From NCBI RefSeq assembly GCF_006345805.1, contig NC_042999.1, positions 144,150,001 to 144,214,000 on the forward strand: a DNA stretch of 64,000 nt, written 5' to 3'. The DNA comes from Octopus sinensis. Lineage: Eukaryota. This document shows positions 40,506 to 51,506 of the stretch, piece after piece (position 1 is the stretch's first letter; each line of letters begins with the position of its first letter). Position numbers and translations under genes: made by a program. The notes under the pieces are model-generated. The model had not been told where the DNA came from. It worked only from the letters and a program-made list of their open reading frames with translations, and ran no database searches.

Positions 40506-40997
40506 CTAATAAGCGGACAGCTTTTTTCTTATTTTTATAAGAATGCCATATTAGTATGGCGATAACTATTATTTTCCGGGAACGCTGCCGCTGTTCTCTT
40601 TTAGAGAGACTTAGTTATTTTAATATTTCTATTATTGAAAACAAGTGGATGTATTCCACCGAAACTAGGTAAATAAAACCATCGAACAGAGATTGTCGGA
40701 AGCGACACCTACTGGCTGGCTACGCTGCATTGAAAAGGGGCAATACCCCGAAACGCGTCTGTAGCTGCCGGTCAAGTAGTGTGGAGCGACTGACCTCCCT
40801 TGTTCGAAGGTTATATGGATACAGTTTGTGTATCAAATAACTAACTTAAGGCGATGGCCTCATGGAGCTAATAAGCGGACAGCTTTTTTCTTATTTTTAT
40901 AAGAATGCCATATTAGTATGGCGATAACTATTATTTTCCGGGAACGCTGCCGCTGTTCTCTTTTAGAGAGACTTAGTTATTTTAATATTTCTATTAT
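40506..40997 (+). mobile_element. Penelope-associated / retrozyme-like element: 362-bp monomer plus 130-bp perfect direct terminal repeat
   Basis: 40506-40635 is identical to 40868-40997; the unique part contains a hammerhead ribozyme; sits between TA-rich tracts; no ORF. Confidence 0.8.
40709..40779 (+). ncRNA. Minimal type I hammerhead ribozyme (U3-A8 core variant)
   Basis: Stem I GCTGCA (40724-40729) / TGTAGC (40760-40765), extended by TGGCTGGC/GCCGGTCA and CTACT/AGTAG; core TTGAAAA; stem II GGGG-CAATA-CCCC; GAAA; palindromic ACGCGT stem III; GTC cleavage triplet (predicted cut after 40759). Confidence 0.8.
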
Positions 40998-42524
40998 GTA
41001 TATATTTATATTTATACGGAAGTGGATGGCAGAATCAGTACGGCATAAAACAAGATATTTGTTATTTGATTACCTCTTTTAACGTTTTTCGAAATTACAA
41101 TCCTGTCCAAGTCGACATTACTTTTCATTCTTGGAGTTCAGTAAAACAAGCGCTACCCTAGAAAACGGTACAGCAGCAGTCAGATGATTAAAATCAGAAA
41201 TAACAGTTTACGTCTAACACTTCGTGGTGAAAGATATAATGAGAGCAAGTTGGTCGATGTTTATCAAATTATGACTACATTCCAGTAGGTAAAAGAATGT
41301 ATATATCTACATCTAATTCAGAGAGCATTGACAAGTATAGCAAATCTGAAGATAGTCTTAGGAGATTCTGATCTCTTTAGTCTGATTCCTATTAACATAA
41401 GGTTATTATCACTTGCTTTAACTCAGGGCAATCTTTACAATAAGACTAAGTATAAGATACATATATATGATAAGGTAAACTCTCAGACAGTTTCAATAAT
41501 CCCCATCGCCAATTCTCACACATATATTGACGAGCCAACGATGGATTTTCTGAGTAGTCGCTCGGCTCACTAGAAATAGCAGCCAATTCTCTCTCAAAAC
41601 AAACTTTACAGTTTAATTAAAGAAAGAAGGCATTATATAATTTGATCCTATATACTTCTAGAAAACAGGGCGATTGCCACTGGAATGCTCTGAATCATAA
41701 TTTTGTGAGATCAGGTAGCAACACTAAATATTGCTTTCTTTTGACAAGGCCTTTAATTAAAAGAATGAAAATGAACGATGTTGTAATATTCATGTACGAT
41801 ATCAATACCTTCAAAGTTAAAGTAACAAAGAGATCGAACACAGCTAAACGCTGGAAAAATGGTTGAAATGGAGTTCAATAAGCAGATACATATTCCTAAG
41901 ATGTATGCCATCCAGAACATGAATGTGTATGCGCGCGCGTGTGATAGTGAGTGAGTGTAGTGATTATATGAATACTAATTTATGACCTGTTCAGAAGTTA
42001 ACGGTAATAATTTTTGTCATTAAGATGTAACCCAGTCTTAGTAGTGCATTATCAGCTGTATAACGTATATATAGGCATCTTGGGAAATAATGGAAAGTGG
42101 TAAGGCCTGATATTTATAAAAAGAGAAACAGCTTTTAGCAGTTATTGTTGTTCAACTCCGTATTATAGAAAGTGAACAAAACTTCAGCCATCATTTTGTT
42201 TTCATATATAATAATCTGGTGTCGCATTGTCCAACTTATCGTTCTTGTTTTAAAACTGTTGGATCTGATTTGAGGGTGATTTGGTAACAGTTTTTAATAA
42301 ATCGAGCAACAGCGTAGATACTCCGAGCAATCTTTTCTTTGAATGATGCAGTGGGTATGAGTGACATTCAGATAAGTTTAACTTAGATATGTAATCAGAC
42401 AGTTTATCTGTTTATCAGTTAAGGAATCCGTCAGCTGCCTGCCTAAATGATGAATTATCCGCCTGTATGTCCGTCAGTCGGATATTCTGTAAGTACGTCG
42501 GATAAACACCGCCTAGATTACATA

Positions 42525-42752
42525 CTCTTTTCTCTTTTAATCTTTTACTTGTTTCAGTCATTTGACTGCGGCCATGCTGGAGCACCGCCTTTAGTCGAGC
42601 AAATCGACCCCAGGAGTTATTCTTTGTAAGCCTAGTACTTATTCTATCGGTCTCTTGTGCCGAACCGCTAAGTTACAGGGACGTAAACACACTAGCATCG
42701 GTTGTCAAGCGATGTTGGGGAACAAACACAGACACACAAACACACACATATG

Positions 42753-42817
<65 letters not shown>

Positions 42818-42981
42818 GACGCGCTTCTTTCAGTTTCCGTCAACCAAATCCACTCCCACGGCTTTGGTCGGCCCGAGGCTTTAGTAGAAGGCACTTGCCC
42901 AAGGTGCCACGCAGTGGGAGTGAACTCGAAACCATGTGGTTGGTAAGCAAGCTACTTACCACACAGCTACTCCTGCGCCTA
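42525..42981 (-). mobile_element. SINE family D
   Basis: Homologous to 39755-40222 and 49642-50036; internal (TA)n. Confidence 0.85.
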
Positions 42982-43184
42982 TTGTGTACAAAGTCGTACA
43001 CAATGATAGCTGAGTCAACTACATTTATCGTACAACACACTAATTCAGCTGGTACTTAGAGATAAATTAGATCAGTAATGAGAACATATACATCCATAAC
43101 TACATATAATTTTGCATACGCACGCACACATACACACACGAACACATACACGTACGCATGCACATACACACACATACACACGCG

Positions 43185-43215
<31 letters not shown>

Positions 43216-43409
43216 ACACATGCACACACACACACACACTTGCAGGCACGCACACATGACCAAGAGAAATTTTGCAAGAAAGAGCCTCCTTCTCACAAAA
43301 TTTATGGGGCTGTACGTTTTTGTGGCTTTTTTGTTGCATCTTTATATATTTACTTAATTGAGAGTAAACCATATTACAGTAGTCCTTCTCTATGCTTCTT
43401 TGGCTTTTA

Positions 43410-43910
43410 ATAGACGGCATGAGAGGCATTGATTATTGAGGTCGACTAAAAAAAACTCATTCTCTACTCTCTCCAACGTTGCCGGGAGCACTACATCATT
43501 TGTGTTATGTGGAAAATATTCCATCAATATTGCATAAATGGTGTTGGCATGAATTTTAAAATCCATCCAAGACTTGGCCCCTGTGCTATCCGCCGACTAC
43601 AAAAATCGAACTCGGTACATATAGCAACATTACGTCACAATTACTTTACGTCAACCGGTCCAGCTCTCTTTAATACCATACCAAAATACGTCAAAACAGA
43701 AACGGATCCCATAAAATTCAAATGTTCATTGGACAAATTTCTTCAAACAATCCCTGACCAACCTTCTACACCCGGATATATCTCCAACAATAATAAATCT
43801 TTGCTAGAGTGAGCCATGGTGCCCCATATATGACTAAAAGACTTCACCAGGTGGTGCTATTAAATTAGATGTAGCCTGGGCCTATACTGGCCGAAACCTA
43901 ACAAAGTTAT
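43410..43910 (+). mobile_element. 3' end of a CR1/L2-type LINE
   Basis: RLKKLILYSLQRCREHY..GPALFNTIP..FKCSLDKFLQTIPDQP, followed by a short 3'UTR stem-loop. Confidence 0.75.
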
Positions 43911-45063
43911 CAAAATTGATTTCTGCCAGAAGTGTTATAGCCCTGGACAATAAAGGAACTTTTAGCAGCTGCACACAACAAATTCTGCTCCAAGGAGATA
44001 ATTAGAAACTACTATGTGGTTACAAGATATATATTAACAAACGAAGCATCAAAGTCTTATTATTCTAATTAGTTACTTAACAATGCTTATATCTCATAAG
44101 GCTCGATGCTTCGTCCATTTCTGTTTCACATTTTCATAAAGACCTATGGAAATGAGATGTGGCTACCACAACGTTTGTACCACTATGCTCTGATGCTGAT
44201 AGCGACCGCGCAGTAACCAACTTTGAGAAGATTAAAATATTGATGAATGACAAAACGGCATAAAGTAATGATTTTATCAGGGATAAAATCATCAAACCTT
44301 CAGTTTTGCTTTGCGAATTATACGCTTTGAAAAAGTAGCTTGAAATTCTGTTTGTAACTATATACGTTAGCTGGTGGTAGCAAAGCATCTTTCGGTCATA
44401 TGTTGCTGAGCAGCATAGAGGTGACGTAAATTGCATAGAGCAGCATAGAGTGCGACGCAAATTGCAAGCAAGCTGGATACAGAAACAAAAGCAACTATGC
44501 ATAGATTGCATATCTGAAGCATCATGAAATAACGTCTGTCTATCTCAGATAAATGATTCACATATACTTAGCCATCGTAACTCATTCCCCTCACGCCGTA
44601 CCTCCAAAAAAGAAAACTATTCTCAGGATGAACGCAGCTAATGGAAGACTACCAAAACACTCAACATCAACAAACTATATCACAAGGGACAATTTACTGC
44701 AACAAGTGTACTCAATAAAATACGCACAGGCTACAACCAATATAAATTCAGGTTTTGCTACAGAATTAAATACATCGTTGAACAGATAAGTACTTTCACA
44801 CGTGCGTACACTAACTCGACACCTATTGCCAAGACCCAAAGATTAGAAATGAACGTTCTGCACTAGATTATCAAACATATGGAGCACTCTTCTTTTCAGA
44901 ATAAGCAATCGGAACGATCTCACCCGACGAAATGCAAACATTCCAGAGCAAAATATACCAAATCCTGTTACTCTCGTTCGAAACAATGAACTAAAGTGAT
45001 AACTGACCTGTTCGAGCTACTTCCACATGACATAGCAATTAAGGTTATGGTGTGTGTGTGTGT

Positions 45064-45115
<52 letters not shown>

Positions 45116-45730
45116 CGTGTCACGAGTGTGCGTGCGCGCGCCTGTGTATACGTACGTGTGCGCGATCATGTATGTCCACACATATATGTACATTTATATA
45201 TTTATATATATATATATATATAATTATATATGTACTTGTATCTATAGATACATACATACACACACACACGCAGACACACATACACGCACATACACTCACA
45301 CACAGAGTGAAAGAGATCAACAAGGAAACGCGAATGAATTTAGTTTATTTTTTTTATACTTACGGGTGAATTAGGCCTGAGCGGTGAACATGCTTACGTT
45401 CCTATAAAAACAGTGTATGAATGTAGATATTCAAATACACAGAGCTAACAGCATAAATGGTATCTCCTTTTCTTATTTAGGTTTGCCTTTGTATAGCTGC
45501 ACAACAGCAGTTTAGAGATAGGCAAACAACATTTCTATATATACAAACACATACACATTCATTTGCACTTACACACACGCACGCGCATACAGACGCACAG
45601 ACACAAATATACATATACATATGTGTGTGTAGGTATATATGAGTGTACATGTAACTATGTTTTATATGAATAACGTGTCATCACCACCATGTTATACATA
45701 CATACATACACACATATATACATACATACA

Positions 45731-45764
<34 letters not shown>

Positions 45765-45834
45765 CATACATACATATATACATGCATGCATGCATGCATG
45801 CATGCATGATGCATACGTGCATACATACATACAT

Positions 45835-46350
45835 CTTGAGAAATTAGGCTTCACAAAACCAGAAAGGAAAAAGCTAATCCGAAGACTACAGATCCAATCC
45901 ATCACTGGAACTGTAAAAATCTGTAAAACTTTCCAGAAGTTTATCATTTAGATATATACGAGCATGTCTAGATATGCAACTATATGCATGAGAATACATA
46001 CATAAAGCATACAAATCTGTACATACATACATACATACATACATACATACATACATACATACATACATACATACATACACACGCACATACATACATACAT
46101 ACATACATACATACATACATACATACATACATACATACATGCATGCATGCATGCATGCATACATACATACATACATACATACATACATACATACATACAT
46201 ACATACATACATGCGTACATATAATAGATACACGCAAAAATACCCTGTTGTTGATGTTAAAATCCCAATGAAGGCTCCTTGGATCTAAGTTAGAAACCGG
46301 TTCTTTTTCTATTGGCAAGAAATCTTGAAATAAACTGAATAATGACGTAC
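45835..46350 (+). mobile_element. 5'-truncated 3' end of the (TACA)n-associated R4/Dong-like element
   Basis: Same two 3' segments and intervening (TACA)n as 4021-4460, in the opposite orientation, flanked by (TACA)n. Confidence 0.85.
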
Positions 46351-46367
46351 ATACATACATACAACAT

Positions 46368-46655
46368 CCCAATAAAAACATCAATTCGGTGCAAACATAA
46401 CAGGCTTAATATTGTTCTGTGGGACAAGGAACCAAAGCCATGCTCTGTTGTAGAGGTCAACTGTCCAGGAAGATGTGAGCGTACAATCAAAAATTCAAGT
46501 TAAAGAGAACATTTAAGGCGAATTAATGCGGAACTTTCAACTCTTGTATCCTGACTATGAATTCTCATTCGTACCTATCATCATTAGGTCAAGTACCAAA
46601 CTATTTGCACAAAAACCTAGAAATGCTTGGTTTTCACTCAAAGAAAAATCATACA
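46368..46655 (+). mobile_element. Older related R4-like RLE-domain fragment
   Basis: PIKTSIRCKHNRLNIVLWDKEPKPCSVVEVNCP..GELMRNFQLLYPDYEFSFVPIII. Confidence 0.65.
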
Positions 46656-46671
46656 TATAAACTTCACTCTC

Positions 46672-46943
46672 AACTGGCACCTCGTTACGACGACGGGGGT
46701 TCAACAGAACAGCCTGCTCGTGAAATTAACGTGCAAGTAGTTAAGCGCTCCACAAACACACGTAACCTTAATGTAGTTCTCGGGGAGATCCAGCGTTACA
46801 AAATATGATAAGGTTGGCCCTTTGCATTACAGGTACAACTTATTTTTGCTGAGTGGATCGAAGTAACGTGCTCATGGACACAACATGCCATCAGGATCTT
46901 ACGATCGTAAACCGAACACCATAACCACTAAGCCACGCACCTT
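46672..46943 (-). mobile_element. SINE family C (internally deleted)
   Basis: Head GAAGGTGCGTGGCTTAGTGGTTA..CGATCGTAAG and tail matching 27326-27643. Confidence 0.75.
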
Positions 46944-47869
46944 CACAAGCTTCGCTCAAGTGGTACACAGAGTATAAGCGCAGTGATTCATCATCTAAGG
47001 AAAAAATACATACAATATATATTGAGTAACTTTTCTCCAGTTTGTACATCCAAATATACATATACACACATACGCAAGCATCAACAAAAGCACATATGTG
47101 TTTATGCGTGTGTGTTTGTGTGTGTGTTTTGGGGGGGTGCATAAACACAGACACACACACACACACACATACACACACACATACCTACGTACGTACATAC
47201 ATACATACATACATACATACATACATACATACATACATACATACATACATACATGCACTGAACAAAAATTACGTGGGGTAGTGATAAGTATTTCATATAA
47301 AACAGGTAATTCGAAACAACATGATGTTTGGAATTGGAGATAAATGACAATGATGATGGCGATGTTAATGGTAGTAGTGATGATGATGATGATGATGATG
47401 AGGAGGAGGAGGAGGAGAGGAGGAGGAGGAGGAGGAGGAGGAGGAAGAGTGGAGGTGAGAGAGGTACATTTTGTGGAGGTGGTGGTACCGCTTGTATTGT
47501 TTGTGATGGGAGTGAACGAATGTAGGAGTGTTGGTGGTGATGGTGCTGTTGATATTAACAAGAGGCCAGAGAAATTCGTTGCTAAAGTTGAACTGATGTT
47601 ATCCCAGCTGTAAGATATCTTTGTGTTAAGAGGAATGTATGTGTGGGTAGGTGGGAGCGCGCACGCATATGTATGCGAGCATGTATACATACAAAAATAC
47701 ATACATTTATACTTACATGCATATGTATGTATGAATGTATGTACGTACATATATGTATGCGTTTGTGTGAGTGAGGTGTCTGTGCATAGGTAAAGTATGC
47801 CCGAACGTGTATGTGTGCATAAATGGGCGAGACAAAACATTTTCTCACTTCTACGGAACAAATGTATAT

Positions 47870-47931
<62 letters not shown>

Positions 47932-47945
47932 GTATATATATGTAT

Positions 47946-48107
<162 letters not shown>

Positions 48108-48283
48108 ATATGTATATATATATACCATGTGTACATATATGTATACACATATAACACGTATAAATAAACATTATACAAATATATGATTGTATATATATGT
48201 GTATATGTATGCGCGATCACTCATACACCCATACACAGAATAAGGATAGACAGACAGACAGGCAAACAGACTGACAGACACAC

Positions 48284-48378
<95 letters not shown>

Positions 48379-49065
48379 ATTTCTATTTAGTCATTTTATC
48401 TGTTAACGTAAGAGATATGTGATTTAGAATAAAGAGAGTCTTCACCATGTCAATATTTATACTTTTGATGTGGAATTTTGTCAGAAGATCCTTGGAATAA
48501 ACAATTTTCTGCTATGAAAATATTGAATAATATATATTACCTTAACTTCTTTTGTCCTAATTTCATATTCAACCAAAAAGGAGACGTTACATTCATTTGC
48601 TCCATTGTATGTAGAAGAATGTACTGCATTACACTTTAATATTGATTCATGCGATGGCAACTCCGATACACTTACCGTATTTAGATATTCTGTTTTCGAA
48701 GCGACGTCTTGATTTGAACATTTACGATAACTGAACAATACCTTTTGATCTCCTGTATTCTTCAGAATCACTTCATTGATTAAATCAATATCAGTATCTT
48801 AGAAAATTAAAATTCACATTTTAGAAAATGCTCAAGGTTTGATAACTTTATTATGGACTGTAGACTCCGACGACTTACCAACGATGTCTCATTTTTCTGG
48901 GATCTTATTTTCTTTCTTTGTTTCTTCATGTTCAGTGGCACCCCATACACAAAATGAAACTGTTGATTTCAATGTGCTGCTTTTATCCCGCTGAATTTTC
49001 TGGATATAATTTAAACCACGTGTTTTCACATGAATTATTAAAATTATTGCTAATATTTGTCTTTT

Positions 49066-49111
<46 letters not shown>

Positions 49112-49152
49112 TAGCAGAACCAGCTCTACTATAATAAATATTATTAAATACA

Positions 49153-49641
49153 TATATTAATGTATATGCTTTGTGTATTTTCCGGTGGCTGCAATGGTTG
49201 CAGAGTATGTAACTCTCAAGACACTGGTGCTAAAAACACCTTAGAGTCATGGACTGACCTTCAGTCCCATTTGGGATTGATGGACATCGATGTTTCGCCA
49301 TTTTTGTGCCTTCTCAACACCACGCACCTGCCTAGTTTGAAAGCAAATTTTCTCTTAGTTATGCAATTTCTGAGCATACCAGCTCATGATTTTACAATCC
49401 ATGTGTATATAAGTTGTTGGACTGGTTAGGTGACTTACCTTCAACCTAAGCGGGTATGTGGTGCTGAAAGCCATGAAAATGACGAAACATTGATGCTCAT
49501 CAATCCCAAATGGGATGGAATTTGAGTCATCCCGTCTGCTCACGACTCTAAAGTGTCTTTAACACCGGCGTCTTGAGAGTTATATACTCCGCCACGCCAT
49601 TGCAGTCACCGGAAAATACACAAATTATATACATTAGTATA
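49153..49641. mobile_element. MITE with ~100-bp TIRs
   Basis: TTTGTGTATTTTCCGGTGGCTGCAATGG..TAACTCTCAAGAAC-like arm (49153-49250) mirrored at 49542-49641 (GTCTTGAGAGTTA..CCATTGCAGTCACCGGAAAATACACAAA); TA-rich ends. Confidence 0.8.
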
Positions 49642-50036
49642 CTCTCTTTTACTTGTTTCAGTCATTTGACTGCGGCCATGCTGGAGCACCGCCTTTAGTC
49701 GAGCAAATCGACCCCGGGACTTATTCTTTGTAAGCCCAGTACTTATTCTATCGGTCTCTTTTGCCGAACCGCTAAGTTACGGGGACGTAAACACACCAGC
49801 ATCGGTTGTCAAGCAATGTTGGGGGGGGGACAAACACAGACACACAAACATATGCACACACATACATATATATATACATATATACGATAGGATTCTTTCA
49901 GTTTCCGTCTACCAAATCCACTCACAAGGCATTGGTCGGCCCGGGGCTAAAGCAGAAGATGCCACGCAGTGGGACTGAACCCGGAACCATGTGGTTGGTA
50001 AGCAAGCTACTTACCACACAGCCACTCCTGCGCCTA
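49642..50036 (-). mobile_element. SINE family D
   Basis: Close match to 42525-42981. Confidence 0.85.
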
Positions 50037-50039
50037 TTT

Positions 50040-50077
<38 letters not shown>

Positions 50078-50944
50078 TATTACATACATACATACATACA
50101 TGCATACATACATACATACATACATACATACATAGACAGTTTTCGTGAGATCTATTAACATTCTAACCAATACTTCTCGGAGGAAGCCTGAGACACGGGC
50201 AATTCACCTCAGTGATTAACATCAGTTTTAGTAATTATAAACAACTTTTTCACTCTATAAAGCGCCATTAAATGGAATGAATTAAAAGCTTCGTGCGGGC
50301 TGAGCTATTTCTCCTGGTGAAACTCGCCAAATATCTATAGCAAATGAAGAATATTAGTCCTATTTATCCAGGAATCAGAGAAATTGTAACTGTGAAGTTC
50401 TTGTCTATTTTAGGTGTATTCGCTAATATAACAGATTTCTTCATAGAAGTATAGTCTAACCAGTATTTGTTCGGCTCAAGATGATTGAGTATAAGGATTT
50501 TGAGTGAACAAACACTGTGTAGAGGGGATTACAAACTTCTTTATGGAAGACAAAACAGTTACGTGAGAGCTAACATATTTAACATAAGTATTTAAAGTGT
50601 TTAGCTAACAATATTCACCATGTTATATACTACTAAACAACAAATGTGTATATTTGTGCGTGTGCGTGTACGTGTATATGTGCTATTAAAGTAAACTCAG
50701 ACACATCCTTTAAAGTAAACATAATGAACCTATTAAAGAACAATTGGAATTATAAAATGTATTTGATAAACATTATTACAATAACTTCTGATAAATATAA
50801 TTAAAATATTACGTTTCATCTGGACTGAGCCAAATTGCGTTTATATTTCCCTTTACAGGAACGCTGTACATTTCGACCCTCTTTTTCAGCAATTTTACTT
50901 TTATTTTCGGTTTTATTTTACATATTTTATAATAATAATAATAA

Positions 50945-51435
50945 TAATGAAATTATTGTATACAGTGCTCAGGTGCACCACAACTTGTCAGAAAGTGCAT
51001 ATAAAGTACATGCAGTAATGTAGAAATGTCTGGAAAGTGAACATGCTTGTGTGTGTATGGAGGGGAGAAAATCAAGTGTAGTGTTGGCGAATCTCAGGAA
51101 GCATGGAAGTCTTGAAGGATGCAGTGCTCCGACAACTAACAACCGATGCCGGCAGTTTGTTCCACGCTTCAGCAACTCTCAGCGTGAAAAAATGTTTCCT
51201 GAAGTCATGGGAGCTGTGCTGTTTTCTTACTTTGTAAATATGTCCACGGGTGTTAGATGGGTGGAGTTTGAAGAGGTGCTCAGTGTTATTGTTTGTGCGA
51301 TGGTTGATAATTTTATGGGTGTCTGCCAGGTCAGCTGCCAGACGTCGGAGTTTCAATGTGTCCATGCCCAGGGAAGTAAGGCGTTCGGGATATGGCAAAT
51401 GCCTGATGGAGGGTATTCTTTTGGTTGACGTTGAT
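50945..51435 (-). mobile_element. 3' end of a CR1 LINE with (ATT)n tail
   Basis: LPYPERLTSLGMDTLKLRRLAADL..TRGHIYKV..RKHFFTLRVAEAWNKLPASVV (canonical CR1 ORF2 C-terminus). Confidence 0.85.
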
Positions 51436-51490
51436 TTTTAATATGTGTATGTGTGTGTGTGTGTGTTAAGAAGTAAAAATTGTTATTGCA

Positions 51491-51496
51491 TTTATT
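51491..51496 (-). promoter_or_regulatory. Candidate polyadenylation signal AATAAA of the M4 protease gene
   Basis: AATAAA 10 nt downstream of the TAA stop; another AATAAA overlaps the stop. The AT-rich context weakens this evidence. Confidence 0.45.
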
Positions 51497-51506
51497 GATG
51501 TATTAT

